Assembly (NCBI RefSeq): GCF_002571385.2
Contig: NW_019217822.1
Coordinates: 286,398 to 350,397, forward strand
Length of the DNA: 64,000 nt
Source: Stylophora pistillata
Lineage: Eukaryota
Direction of reading: 5' to 3'
Each line of letters begins with the position of its first letter. The first letter of the stretch is position 1. The translations under genes were made by a program, and so were the position numbers. The notes under the pieces are model-generated. The model ran no database searches. It was given only the letters and a program-made list of their open reading frames with translations, and was not told the origin of the DNA. Of this stretch, positions 41,301-54,815 are shown one piece after another.

Positions 41301-42749
41301 NNNNNNNNNNNNNNNNNNNNNNNNNNNNNNNNNNNNNNNNNNNNNNNNNNNNNNNNNNNNNNNNNNNNNNNNNNNNNNNNNNNNNNNNNNNNNNNNNNNN
41401 NNNNNNNNNNNNNNNNNNNNNNNNNNNNNNNNNNNNNNNNNNNNNNNNNNNNNNNNNNNNNNNNNNNNNNNNNNNNNNNNNNNNNNNNNNNNNNNNNNNN
41501 NNNNNNNNNNNNNNNNNNNNNNNNNNNNNNNNNNNNNNNNNNNNNNNNNNNNNNNNNNNNNNNNNNNNNNNNNNNNNNNNNNNNNNNNNNNNNNNNNNNN
41601 NNNNNNNNNNNNNNNNNNNNNNNNNNNNNNNNNNNNNNNNNNNNNNNNNNNNNNNNNNNNNNNNNNNNNNNNNNNNNNNNNNNNNNNNNNNNNNNNNNNN
41701 NNNNNNNNNNNNNNNNNNNNNNNNNNNNNNNNNNNNNNNNNNNNNNNNNNNNNNNNNNNNNNNNNNNNNNNNNNNNNNNNNNNNNNNNNNNNNNNNNNNN
41801 NNNNNNNNNNCTTAGCAACCTCCCGCGTACATCCATAACTCAATAGTGTACGCTGTGGTGTTTACCATTTGTTAAAAAGTGTTTGAATTTTTCGGGTTGT
41901 TGGTGGCACAGTGAACAGAATGTACCCACTTGCACCCGGAGCCCAAAAATTTTTAGTGGAGAGGGGTATTGGGCAACTGCTAAAGTCCCTTAGTACACTA
42001 TGGACTTCATGTGCTCGGAGCGCGTGAAGCTCCACATTAGTGGGTAGACATGGCGCTTACGGCAACTGCCAAGAGCAACTGGAATAAATTTTGATTTTGT
42101 TTACTTTCCAATCCTTAAAAGAACGCTGAGGAAGTTAATTCAAATTTCTTTTTTTACTCCCGATTAATAAAAATCGAGAAAAAGGCTGAAAACAGACGGA
42201 AAATTATTTACTTGTAGCTCCTTGCCCCTTCGCGTAATCTTCTTTGGTTAACCTCTCTCAATTCGTTGAAATACGTTTCATTGATCAAGTGAAAGACTAT
42301 ATTCTCAGACTTATTGCGAGAAAATCGTGTCCTGTTGGGTTTTCTAACGCACATAGCATGTGCAGCATTGCAGCTAATAAATTAGGCTTTCGACTGAAAT
42401 TTCAAGTGAGACGAAACAAATGTAGCCCGTTGTACTTTACCCGAGATCGCCGGCCAAAAGTCCAGACGACGATCGCCGCTCTTTCAATCGGCGAATTTCG
42501 CCGGCAGCCGGCACTTCGCCACCCTACGTGTAGGGCCCAAAAGCTACTGAGAACGTTCGGACGTGTCTAACAAAGCCATGCGTTTTTCTTGTTAATAGAT
42601 TGGCAGAGTCAAGGTCTAGCCCTATTTTGTTTGAGACACCAGTCAGGAGGCGAGATTTTTTTGGAGACGTTAATCATCTCATGGCCACCGAAGCAACTGC
42701 TAAAGAATTGATGATGTCAAAATCCAGCGAAGATCTATTATCAATGTGA
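33156..42749 (+). CDS. LDLRAP1: LDL receptor adaptor protein 1-like (ARH; PTB domain; 331 aa, 9 coding exons)
   Basis: Exons 33156-33279, 36514-36581, 36669-36755, 37129-37218, 37470-37498, 38038-38152, 39170-39457, 40363-40406, 42599-42749 (996 nt). ARH-like N-terminus MNSLK...SP; PTB motifs (EGIHFYVKILG, IYRVSYCVAD, KVFAFI, CHAFLCSK..MAQAMALTIADAF); C-terminal DDDFDAEFTKLAESR matches the beta2-adaptin-binding motif. Likely 5'UTR donor at 33023. Confidence 0.9.
35074..35250. mobile_element. Short MITE
   Basis: 14-bp TIR GGGGCGGATCCAGG / CCTGGATCCGCCCC; TSD not clear. Confidence 0.6.
39541..39741. mobile_element. TTAA-flanked ~200-bp MITE
   Basis: TTAA|CTCTTTAACCCCCA...TGGGAATTAAAGGC|TTAA; diverged relatives at about 11455-11633, about 43010-43325 and the host of the 23521 element. 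Confidence 0.6.
40615..40765 (-). mobile_element. tRNA-related short interspersed repeat
   Basis: Minus strand TGTGGCTCAGTAGTAGAGCATCGG...GGTTCGATTCC (A/B-box-like) without a complete cloverleaf; diverged relative at about 21815-21970. Confidence 0.55.
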
Positions 42750-42898
42750 TTTATTCCCTAGTTATTGAACAATTATTAATTCGCAGTTGTACCTTTTAAC
42801 TCGACCTTTCAGCAATATAGTGATGCGGTGGTGAAATATAGCAACGTCAGTCTTCTTTAAGAAAAGAATTACAGCCTCGTTTCTTAGGAGAGGAGGCT

Positions 42899-42988
42899 GG
42901 CCTACGCGTAGCCGTACCCTTCCCCCGAAGAGAATCGGGGCTCCCTTCCGCTTCTCCTCGGGGGAAGGGTACGGCTACACTTAGGCTC
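42899..42988. repeat. Short GC-rich hairpin element downstream of the LDLRAP1 stop
   Basis: GTAGCCGTACCCTTCCCCCGA / TCGGGGGAAGGGTACGGCTAC perfect 21-bp inverted repeat. Confidence 0.7.
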
Positions 42989-44156
42989 GAGAGTAGGATA
43001 GACCTGGGAGGTTATTCTTCATACTGGTTTCTAAACGTTTCCTTTGGCAATGACAAGGAGAAATTTTTGCGTACTAAAGAGCATTAAAAATTTCTTCTTT
43101 AGTTCGCAGTTATTTCGGATCAACGCAGTATCTGACAAACTGCGCACCTACCCCTCCCTCCCGTTACTCAACAACAGTCAAATGATGTCAAGTTAGGGTT
43201 AGGGTGCGCGGTTGTTTCGATAACGACATCGATCCATCCTTTACATTACTCTCGTGTCTTTATGATGTTTTATTCAGCCTTTGATTCTGTTAGAAATGTG
43301 ATGCTTGTTCCGTCATGGGGTTAAGGGGCTAAATGGTGTAAATATTCTCAATAGACTTAGGAACATTTTAGGAGAGATCCTCAGATCTCAATTGCAAATT
43401 CTAAGTACCCCGTAGGTATAGAAACACCATGCTCAGGTACTTCGACTATCTGCATGTGAAACTTATTCTTAGCTAATTTTGTAGTGATTTGGAATTAATT
43501 TGGAAATTTTAGAATGTTGTGAGGGTCTCAATGGGGTGATGGCTTGAAAAGCAAACGGTTAAAATTTTGGCCATTTTACGGTGAACGGTTAACTTTCTTC
43601 CCTTGTAATTAAACGAAAAATGTTTTCAGTTAACTTATTTTATGACTAACAGTTAAAATTTGTTCATTTTTACGCCTTACGACCAAATTGTTTTGGCCGT
43701 TTTACGGCTAATGGTTAACCCCAGGGAGACCATACATGAAATTGTAAAAGCCCTAAATTGTAATCGTTAGAAACTTTTCTAAACTGATTTGCAAACGAAT
43801 TAAAATTCACAATACTGGAATGTATGATCCCTTTTGTGGGAAGTGTAACTTATATTTTGAAGGAAGGATGTGATCTGCCATTCACCTTCCCGAGAAGTAC
43901 ATTTCCACCATAGTCTTCTGTATGAGTCGAAAAAACCGCCAAGTTTTTCAAGGTTCTCCTTGATTTCTAAATTAAACGGTGTTAATTGACGATATGGTGT
44001 TTAAGCAGTCAGCTCATAAAGAAAGAAACCGCGAAACTTTATCTTTATGGCTATGAGATCATGAAAGTCCCTCGTCGTACTTCTTAACGAAAATGTGGTC
44101 ACTTGAAGAGTTTGGTAAAATTGCTAGTATTTGTTCAATCCAGTCTTATCTTCATC

Positions 44157-47100
44157 TCACAAATGCGTGGTTACGTTGCTTCCATTGCTGTGAACCGTTC
44201 TTTTCTTTTCTCGTTGAAGCTGTGAATAAATACAAACAAACCCATTCATTTAGGCAGATTTAGCTCCGGCTGGTAGATTAAACAGCTAGGTCTGTGGAAA
44301 AAACACGAGGTTACATTAACGAATGGTATGCTTTTGTCCGCTGTCTCTAACTAATGATTTCGAATTTTGTGAGTTTTTTGGAGGGAAGAAACCAAAGAAA
44401 ACACTCGGAGTAAAGGCGAGAACCAACAACGCACCCAACCAAGATGTGACGTCAGGTCGGAGGAATCGTACCCAGGCCATAATGGTCTATTGCTCCCCTT
44501 TCCTGGTATGCCAGCCCCACTCAACCCCGCTCGCCTAGTTACCTTACCACCTCCATTCCTCCGACTACGTACCGTGTCTAGCATTTCCCTAAGACGTTGA
44601 AGCTCTCCATCCTTGTTGATGGTGTCTTTACCAGAACAGGAACATTTTGCTGTGGTGGTGGCAAATGTATCCAACGAGCTGAAGGTGCGCGTCCGAGCAC
44701 GGTACTCCTCGTTTATTCCGTATTTCCTTAGCGCTGCAATCTGAGAAGAGTCAATCACTTATCTATTGCAGAATTTAGAGGCAGATTTGAGATGATGGAA
44801 AATGCAAAATCATTGAACAGGTTAATGACAATAGATTGAATGAAACAAATGATGATTGCAATAGTCATCATCATCATTATCATTTTTATCACCATTGCTG
44901 TTATCATAGCATTAGTATTCTATATTAATTATCACTGGTATATATTATAGTTTTTAACCAGGAAAATTTCTTTCTGACGTGGATTTTATAGAAGCACTAG
45001 GTAAAATAATCATTTAAACTAAATAGCACTGAGAAGCATCCTATCCCTCGTCAAAATCGTTTTCAACATTTGTCCCTTCCCCCTTTGTCAATGTTGGTAA
45101 CTAGAAAATTGGCAGCAAGAAAAAAAAAAGAAAAAGAGGCCGGAAAAGAAACTTTCAACATGAAGAAGGAAGCATGTATGATGTTTCGGCAAAACTTGGG
45201 GGAGGGGAGGTTAACTAGCTGTCCTAAGTATCACTAAAGCAGAAGGATGGAAAATTAGTTGCACGGATCTTTTTTATTTAGCGTTTACCTCGGTAAAATA
45301 AAATACTAATAAAATTGAATAACAAAAAGTAAAAATTTCATGCTTTCTCGTTTTGAAAGACTGAGGATAATATTTACTTTTTTATAAATAGCATTCGTGT
45401 TTCCGACTCTACTCAGGGAATCCTACCTTTGGTACAAACACAATGCAAAGGGTAGAGGTTGTGCTAAACAGAATACAGATGCCTGTGACTATAAACGACG
45501 CCTCGAATTGCTTTTCGTGTACAAAAGTTACGACCGGAGTTCCAACAATGCACACGATTACAACGTTGTAAACTGCCATACCTGAAGAGAAAAAAAAAAA
45601 AAGAGAGGATGAAATAGCCTTAAACACAAATCTTTTACACGTGGCAGCACATCTGAGTGAGGAGAGATGTGTAGAGATGCCGTTTATACCCCTCCCAGAT
45701 ACCAAAAACCTTTGCATTCAGAAATACCCCTCTGTCATAAACCTAAAGTAGAGTTTTACATCCCGGGTCTGACACACCTTGTAATTACTAAAGATAAGGA
45801 AAGAAAACGAGTAAGGTTTATAATTTTAGAAGTATTCACTAACTCTTGCTCCACAAATCAACTCGGAGACACTTCCCAAAATGAAAATGGTTCTTTTACC
45901 GGAACCTGGGTCACATCATGTACGAAGTCGTGAAATTTTTACAATCTTTCATAATCCGTCATCAATAAGGCCTCTAGACGAGGAATTCTCACTCGCACAC
46001 TCCTGAGGCGCGAAGGGAAAAGATCACCAATTATTGTTCTAGTTACTAGAGCGGTTATTCCAGTTCAGTAAAAATTACCAATATGGTGAGAGTCATTCAA
46101 GGCAGGTATCTTAACATTTCTTGTCTCCCAAGCCAGGAACAAACCAAACAGAAGTAAGATTCCTTTGTAGGAATACAGCAAGCCCAGCCAGATTTCAATG
46201 TGGTTGACTTCACACGTATACGTGTACGGTAAATGAAGAATATTGTCATCCTCGTGATTGTTCTATGAACAAGTAGACCAAATTCACTGTATTAGAAAGT
46301 TTTTTCTTAATTTTCTGTTAAATTTTGAAGATGGCGGTCAAACCTCCCTTTTCTCTGACTTTTGATCAGTTTCCCCGCCGTTAAATTCGAGTTTTGATTT
46401 TCCTTAACTCACGACCCGATCGACAAAAATACTTGGGGGTAGTCTCTCAAATGGCGGGATCTGAAATAGTCAATAAAAAAGGCGTAGTAACCATATAAGG
46501 ACGGGTGGGGGGGCAAAGACCGGGGGAACAGTGAGTACACAGGACCAGAGAAATGGTGGGTAAAGAGGACCAGAGGAACAGCGGGCACAGATCCCCCGGT
46601 ATATGAAAGACTACTCAACTTCGGTAAAATAACAATGAGTCAAAGCCCTCTTTCCCAGTTTCCTTCCTGAATGAGGACATCAAATCCTTTTTTACATGAA
46701 AAACGAACTTTCAAAAGTACTAGACTCTTTTCATCAGTCATTGCATACAGAACCGAAACAAGTTTTTTTATAAAGAATAGAAATCCATGTATACTTCTTT
46801 TAATTACCAGTGCTGAGAGATATTTGATTTGCCTCTGATAAGGATCCAAAAAGTTCCAATGTAGAAGGATGACAGCGTCGATGAGAATGAGAACGCCAAT
46901 GACGCCAAAGAGATGCAAGTCTTTGATAATCTGAAACATCCGAAAATTAACGCACCAATAAATTTCTAAACGTTAATTCTTCACGCAAGCCAAGTGGCCA
47001 TTCCAGCCAGGGATTATTCCCCGTTTTCCTAGCAAGAGGCGACTAAGAGTATTGGTACTTCACCCTGGATGGGAAGCCAGTCCTTCCCCAAGTCAATAAA

Positions 47101-50100
47101 TGGGGTAAATTTCTAAAAGAAACTATGGTGCTGTGTCAGTGGGAGTAACATGGTTATTTTATTTATGCTCCCGAGTTGCGAGAGGCACTGGGAAAGTGAA
47201 GTTTTTTTTTTTGACCGAGAGTACAAGACAATGACTTGGCAGCTCTCGAGCCCAGACCTCTCGATCCGGTGTCCAGCCCACTAACCATTAGGTAACCGCG
47301 TCTCCTGCCACGGAAAATTCTTAAGAGGAATGCCTTTTCAAAACTTGCCAATACGCTTGAAGACTTCATTACTTTTACTAAAAGGGCATTTATAAAACAA
47401 GAAAAAGTATTCAAAAAGAGACGAAGTGAAGTTTCTAAACTCTGAAAAGAGGACGGGCAAAATGAAAAGTGACACATTATAGGGAAGTTAACAAAGAGTG
47501 GAAGAGATGAGCTAAGAGGAAAAGACTTGACGCAAACAGGAGTTCTATTCCTTACCAGTTTCTTTGCACTTATTATCCTGGTGACCTTGTGAACGCGCCA
47601 CGTTTTTGAAAACAAGGAACCAAAGACAAACGTAAAGCCGACACAAAGCGTAGCAGTCCTTGTCTAAGTCATCAAAAAAGTTACAATAAATGAGTTGCAA
47701 AAAAGGAAAGAATATTATTTGTTTGATAGAATTTAGTTAACTGATTGAACTAACTCAACATTCTATGGATATGTCCCATTTGCGAGGAACAGTAGGCTAA
47801 TCGTCAACTAGTCAAGCTACACATGCACAACGAGTTGCGGCACAAACCTGACTGAATTAGGGTCAGTACGTGAGTGCTTTTCCTACAAATTGCATCAACT
47901 GAACTCTCTCTGCGCTTTTCGCAGCACAGGTATGTGAATTGTTCTGATGTTATTCTAAAACGCTATTTTAGAACAGTTACCAGGATTAGTACCTGCACAG
48001 TCTTAGTCGTTTCATCAACATTGGAATATTTATTACAGAAGGGAACTTACCGTGCAAAGTTCAGCTTTAAGATGATCTCCATCGAACGCGAACAGAATGA
48101 CAGAAATGTACGACAGAATGCAACCTAAGATTATAACATTGTTCAGGTTTGGACTCGACATCTTGATAAGTCTGACAAGAAACAAAATACGTAATAGTTT
48201 ACTGACGGTAACACGAAAGACCTTCGTTTTTCTGCTATATGACACGAAGTAACATGTGATTGTATGACATCGAGTTTACATGACATGGCATGAAAGTCAT
48301 TGCGTGGTTAATAAAGAAACCTTTGCGCTAGTTGCTAGACGCAATAGTCAATGTTTGGATAAAACGATATAAAGATATATCTTCTATTTGATGTATTAAT
48401 CGACTGATAGATTAGTATCATTCTATTTCCTAAACAAGGTATTGTCAGTCAAACTAGCAGATAAGTAAAAACAGTTTAACCTTGAAAATAATCATTGGAC
48501 GCTACAACGCTCAGGCTTATTGAAAAAAAAAAAAGACCAATGAACGACTAGATGGCAGTTTAAAAAGGGAAAAGAGGAATCTTGTACAGTCACAGCTCAA
48601 CATGTTTTTCTTTAAATTTTTTGGTGTCGATTAAACAATGGACTTAACCAATGAACAATTATATAATGAAGACAGTACATCATAGTGCTACGGCTATTTC
48701 GTTTTGAATTTTTAAAATATCAAACAATTCGTTCTACCTTTTATTCCTGTTCTTTATATTAAAGTATAAGAACGTGAACGCTAAGAAAATTCCAAAGGAA
48801 GCCATGGAACACATGAAGTAAAAAACAGAGATGGACATTGTGAACAGCTGCCTCTGTTCACTCTGTCGATCCACGGGCGCTACCCCTCCTAAGAAGGGAG
48901 TAAACAAGAACATTGCAAAATTAATTATTCTCGACATTGAACAAAGAACCATTAAAATTTTCCTGGTTGTGGCTTCGTAGTTGTTTAATACTAGCGCTCG
49001 CTAGAATCTGAGTAGTACGGGATAGAGGCTATCGTAACTTCAGGCTTCTTGACCTGTAATTTCTTAAAGTGCGAGGATTTTGAGTTTTACTCGTATTTTC
49101 ATTCATAGTTCAAATCAAACATTTGACTATTTCAGCTAAGTCTTGGCTTTCTTTTTGAGATTACTTTAAATATTCTGTTTTGAATAAGTCTATGCTAGTT
49201 CTATCGGGATAAGATGCCGTATTTTATAAGTGACAGCCATTAAAATTTTTCAACCCTTAATAAAATCAGTTTTTTGCTATCTAATGGTTTTTACAAATGC
49301 AAATTAAAATCTTTTTTATAAAGAAAAATGAACACACCAGCCGCTTAGCAACTTTACGAAGGCACGAGATTCACTAAGCACATTTTTGTAATTCAGTCTT
49401 AATCAGTAGATATTGGCCTTACTTGCTTACATTACTTCGATTCAGTCGACACGATTTCTTTGATGGTATTTTTAAACTCGGCGGGCAAAACTGGTTTAAG
49501 ATTTAAGGCTTACCTTCCCAATGAAACTCTTTCCCAGGATAAAACACTAAGGAGGTTTGTCCAACATCGTGACTGCAGATAGCTTCAAACTCTGATCCTA
49601 TTTTGATTAAAGTTAATGTTACATTATTTTTCAGTCTGTTTCTTCGGAGTTTTTGTATCGTGTTTTTTTTTTCTGTTTTTTCGTTATCATAGTACAATTA
49701 AGCTCGGAATCATACATTTAAAAATATAACAATAAAATTTAACCTTTGTACCAAAATCATGCCTACTGTTCAAACTGAGAGTGCATTACATTTTTTTACA
49801 TATATGATACAAAACTATCATAATGTGCGACTGAAAAAAAGCACAACATACCTATCAGCTGTGATATTTCAAAAACGCCTGACCTGTCTCCTTTGTCATT
49901 TAGTTTTACGATGCTCTAAAAAGGGAAAACACTGCTACTTTACAAATTTCATTCTTTTTGATAGAAAACGAGAACTCTCAATACTTTTATCAGCACCCAG
50001 TTAAAGTTGGTAACTTTCTTCAACTCTTAGACATGAAGGCTCAACACCAGCTCAAACGAGCCCCTATCGTGGTAAAGCGTAATATTTCTCTTAAACCCTT

Positions 50101-53100
50101 AGTGTTCGTGCTTAATGGATCGAGTTCTGAAAGGGAACTGATTGCGATATAACATGAATCAAGTTGTGGAGTTTCTGGTACGTTACAGCCTTAGAGGTGG
50201 CGCTGAGCTCATCTCTGTAAAATATCTGGAAGTTCCTCGAGTAAGGTTGTAATTTTACCTGCATGGTGTGACTAGATTGATGACCTGCTTCTTCTAAAGA
50301 AGTCTCAATGCTAATTTTGACAAGACTGAGTTTAAAAGCTAGAAATTGATCTCAAAACTCGCTTGACCTCTTGTTACCTATAACCTCTTTCTATTTTACC
50401 ATTTGAAGTTAACCTCCTTAAACTTCATGGAAATGCCTAAAGGACGAAAGAGTGTACAAAAAAGAGACAAAAAACAAACAAACTAACGGGAAGAGGCAGG
50501 TACAAGTAACACAATCGTTGATTTTACAGCAGTTACTGATGGATCAACTTTAGCCAATCAAAAATCTGCATGGAAATGCTTTTGTCTTAACTTTGGACTT
50601 ACCGTAACGCCCCGAAATTTCGTCGACAAGAGATTTTTCCTCATTAGGTCCGAGAAGTTTCTTTCTCCAAATGCAACGGTGTCAAGACGAATCTTTGGAG
50701 CCAAATTCTGCGCTGTTCTATTCAACGCAAGGGCAACAAGCCAGGCTGCATCATATGCAAACCCTTTGTAGTCTGTGTCATTTACACTTGATAGCCTAAC
50801 CTTCTGAATGAAACTGGATTGGAACTTTTTGGGTGTCTGATAGAGAAAGGGATTTAATTAATACGCATTTCACATTTGTATCCAATGGGCTGTACAGAAA
50901 TGACTCAGATAGCAGTGGGGTTTGTGTATGATCACAGATGAGAATGCTGATTATGACATCCGGGGACCTCAAATATCGAGCCTTTTTTTGAACAACGCCT
51001 CTGAAAGATAACGATATGTTTTGAAAAGACATGTATGTCTACTAACCATTCCAGACACTGTTTCATTCTTTGAGCTGCTGAGCCACATATAGTTAACCAA
51101 GAGGATCCCTTTTGCGCCCTCATTGACTTCTTCTGGTGAGCAGTTGACATTTTTTAAAGTTCTTTTCCACCATCCATATTTGTCAGGGGTGTTAATAACC
51201 CAACCGTACTTTCGCCCATGCATGCTATGCTTGTAGATCTGATGGTGAAAAAAAATCACTATTTCCCACGGATTGATTATGCTTATGTCCTAGGGAATTA
51301 AAGGATTGGGCCTACAGCCTGATAAATATTACGGACAAATGATATTTGCGACAAAATAAGACGTGCAGTCGTGGATTATAAAGAAAAAAATGATAACTGA
51401 TCGAAAGTTATGAATTGTGAATTGTTGATCGTATCGTAAAAGTCTCTGAAAGCTCTTTTTCAGCATGTTCAGTGACAATCAATCTACCAGGGACGGCGTT
51501 TTTCACTTTCTACGTTTTTTGTTTTGTTGTAGAGAAAGTTTATCAAAACCTTTATGAGATTCAGACCCTGTTATCTCAGCAAAGCGCTTTTTTCTGAGAA
51601 ATCAGTGTTCTGGTAATATACTAAAGTAGTACAAGTAAAGTGAAATACAAATATATTCAGTTTGAACGAAAATGAAGTCAGATCGTCGGCTCCCCCCTTG
51701 CTCCCCTATCACCCTCATAAAGCCCACGATTTTTTTCCAGATATATCCAGTATTTTCTCTTCTCGATTTTGCCACGATAAAGGAACGTATACACTTTTCT
51801 AAAGAGTTCCTAAAACGAATGTTGTGAGTTTTGTGGGACATTTGTAAGTATGGGTCTTCGCTGTGCGCGCTTTCCGCACTGCGAGCTCCGCTATGATAAG
51901 ACTCGATGATGGTGTCTTTTCAGATGTAAAGTTAGCCCGAAACGCAATCCTTACCTCGCACATAGTTCTGGTTGAATGGGTGAAGAAACCAAATATGATC
52001 CTAGCATCAATGTCCTGTGTGAAGTTTAAGGCGTAGGACAAAAACAACATGTGTTAGGCAGAGGTTCAGAAACTCTAACTTGCTTACTGGTCCACTGATT
52101 AAGTAAATGTCTTACCTCGCCATCCTCGACTATCGAGTCTATCTATTTAGGTGGGAGCTCGATTTCCAAGAGGAATTTGATGAATACCATTGTTCTAAAT
52201 AAATTAAAGCTGTGGAGATGATTCGAATTTCTGGCGATGATAGTACCAAATTTCTACAAAACTTGGTGGGTTTCTTCTAAAAGAGCCAGATAGCTATGGA
52301 TATTCTAAAATTGAAATCCTTCGCTTGCGGTAAAAGGTCCCGTTTGAAAAAGTAAACTAATGCTTCTTATCAAGTCTACTCTAAGTATCATTTCCGAGCG
52401 AAGCTAAGCTTAAAAATTAGGCAGAATCGTCTGATTTTAAAGCGATACCTTAAGATGTTTTATTTGACTCTTTGGGTCCGTCAGAAAGCTTCCATAAGAG
52501 ATCACGTCAATTCCGTTCTTTTTGCATTCTTCTCTGAGGCTTGTTGCTGCCTATAAAATTTCCAACAGAGGATAAATCTCATTAGTTTCGTTCGAATTAA
52601 CCACACGGCTAACAACGTTTCGTATATCCATCCACGCCACTCTTTCTTCAGCTGAAAATTTTTTATACCTTCGTTGCAGAAAGCCTATGGACATGGTTTA
52701 AGCTAAGGAGATCTTGATGGTTACATTGGAAAATTTTCCCTGACTTGTTGGAACACTCAAGTCAGTTTCACTACCGGAAAGAAACTTGTAATTCAGATCG
52801 GCCTTACCGAGCTAAAATTGGCCGTTTAAATAGTCTTTATTATTAACTGATAGAAAGGTTAGCTAAGCAAAGTTGCCCATCATAAACAGATAACAAGGTG
52901 GTCGGGCCGGGCCAGCCTGATTGCCATGCCCACGTAAACGGGTAGACGCTTTAAGATCGCCGTCATTTTGCCCTTGTGTACAAAATGTGAAAGTCGTCGT
53001 CTAAAGGCAAAAAAATATACTCACGGATGTAAAAAGTTCTCTACTCTGGTATAGTATGGCCACTCTAGTCCACGCAAATGTTTTCGCGATAGCGATAAAT

Positions 53101-53195
53101 GTACGATTTGCAGCAGATAATGCTGGAACCGTTCTGAAGAAATAAGGGAATATGTCTTTCTTGGATAGCTTGCCTGAAGCTGCAGATGGAGACAC
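44157..53195 (-). CDS. GABA-B receptor-like class C GPCR (5'-partial; 15 exons, ~660 codons visible)
   Basis: Exons 53195-53025, 52550-52449, 52014-51955, 51238-51047, 50836-50603, 49915-49852, 49597-49514, 48888-48738, 48171-48051, 47663-47556, 46930-46808, 46262-46079, 45581-45427, 44740-44573, 44219-44157. VFT motifs ([34 protein letters not shown]), no cysteine-rich domain, 7TM motifs [56 protein letters not shown]; short coiled coil; ends TTHL*. Confidence 0.92.
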
Positions 53196-53622
53196 CTTTG
53201 AATAATAAATAAAACGGAAAATTGATAATGTGCTCAAATTGTTTGTATAACGATATTTCAGTTATTAGCACAAGGCAAACACAAGCCAGGTGGCCCCAAC
53301 GGGAACCGAACCAAAGGCCTTTCTCTCGAACGAAGGAACGCCCATTTTCCATGACATAAGGGCTGACTTTGACCTGATGTTGCCGGTGAAAGTGGAGCCA
53401 TAGATTCTGTAATCGATGAAGACAAATTCAAAAAGTACGGACTTAACACATCTTGCTGGCCAGACCTCCATTTGTTCCCTACTGGATTAATCTAAAGTAA
53501 GTCTCTAAATGGTGGTGCTGCGTCCGTGAAGGGTATTACGAGATGATTTGGTTTTATTAACTTCATCAACTCATTTGAAAATGAGTTGATGATGTAGATT
53601 ACCCACAATAAAGAAATTCAGC

Positions 53623-53653
<31 letters not shown>

Positions 53654-53734
53654 AAGCGATTGATTGTCTAAGATGTCACTGCTAGCGCGGCTGGGAGTTG
53701 AATAACAATATGATGGAACTGATGGAAGTATGTT

Positions 53735-54815
53735 TAAAAGTGCCTATTCACCCCCTAGAGGTTTATATATATTTCGATTCTTTGCGTTATCAGGATTAAT
53801 CTCCAAATAATATTTTTGCGATTGATTAAATATTTCCCGAGATATGCCGCCTCAAAGTTACTCTTTTGGCCACGCCCTTTTGACTTGGCCGGGAGAGAAT
53901 TACTGGGCCGAGCCTACTACCTCTCCAACATTCAGTGACGTCACAGCAAGAACGAATGTTAACTTCTTGTATAAGAACATGTGTCTACTGCTGTAAAATG
54001 ATGTGAAAATGGCGACTCGTTGCGCGGTCGCTAAAATACACCAGATTCGTCTTAATGCATATTCCTCCATAAAATACCGTTTTATGGCGATGATCGCCCT
54101 GAAGCTAGGTCTGAAGGAAGCAGTGGATGGACTCTGTGAGTAGAAAGCGCGCCAAGTTTGAACCTTCAGCAACATCTGTGATATGCTCTCGTCATTTTTC
54201 GCCTGAAGACTACTGTCAGCGATTCGATTTTGTAATAACCCGTCCTCAACTTGTAAAAGACCACATTGGGACGTCTCCCATTCCGCGAATATACGCCTGC
54301 GATGAAAATGAAACACGCAATTTGTCTGATCGAAGTCGCCGACAGGTAAGAAGTTGTATTAAAGTAGTGTCTGGTCCTGGTCTTTTTTTGTCGATCGTGA
54401 GGTGAAGTTGTATTTTATGAATGGAATTTAGATCGTACGAGATGCTATAGAATCGCACGAGAACAGAGAAAGAGAAGAAATTGAAAAATGCGAAGTTGAA
54501 ATTGAAGTGCCTCCTGACCCACCTGTTGAAACAGAAACACCATCGATCATGGAGCGTAATCTTCGGAATTTTGTGTCGAATCTATAGATACGTTAATATT
54601 CTCTTTATAATGCGCCTTTAAATGGGTAAATATCTCAGAAAGCAACAAGAAAGTCGTAAAAGTCTCAAGTACATGTAGCTTCGCATAGTCTAGTGAATAT
54701 AGGCACATCGATCGAAAGACGTTCTGGCTGTGACGTCATGAGGGACTTTTAGTTACCAGTATTAACTTCGCCTGGCCAAATCAAAAGGGCGTGGCCAAAG
54801 GACGAACTTTGAGGC
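53735..54815 (+). mobile_element. Non-autonomous DNA transposon with degenerate THAP zinc finger (Kolobok/P-like)
   Basis: Inverted repeat 53848-53893 vs 54770-54815 (right end cut by gap); frameshifted THAP from ATG 54009: MATRCAVA.../HKIPFYGDDRPE/...KQWMDSVSRKRAKFEPSATSVICSRHFSPEDY...PIPRI; donor after 54346. Confidence 0.7.

Noticed and set aside
40919-41843. ~298-aa ORFs in the ORF track
   Set aside because: They are translations of the N gap; the same applies to ORFs across 6359-6403.
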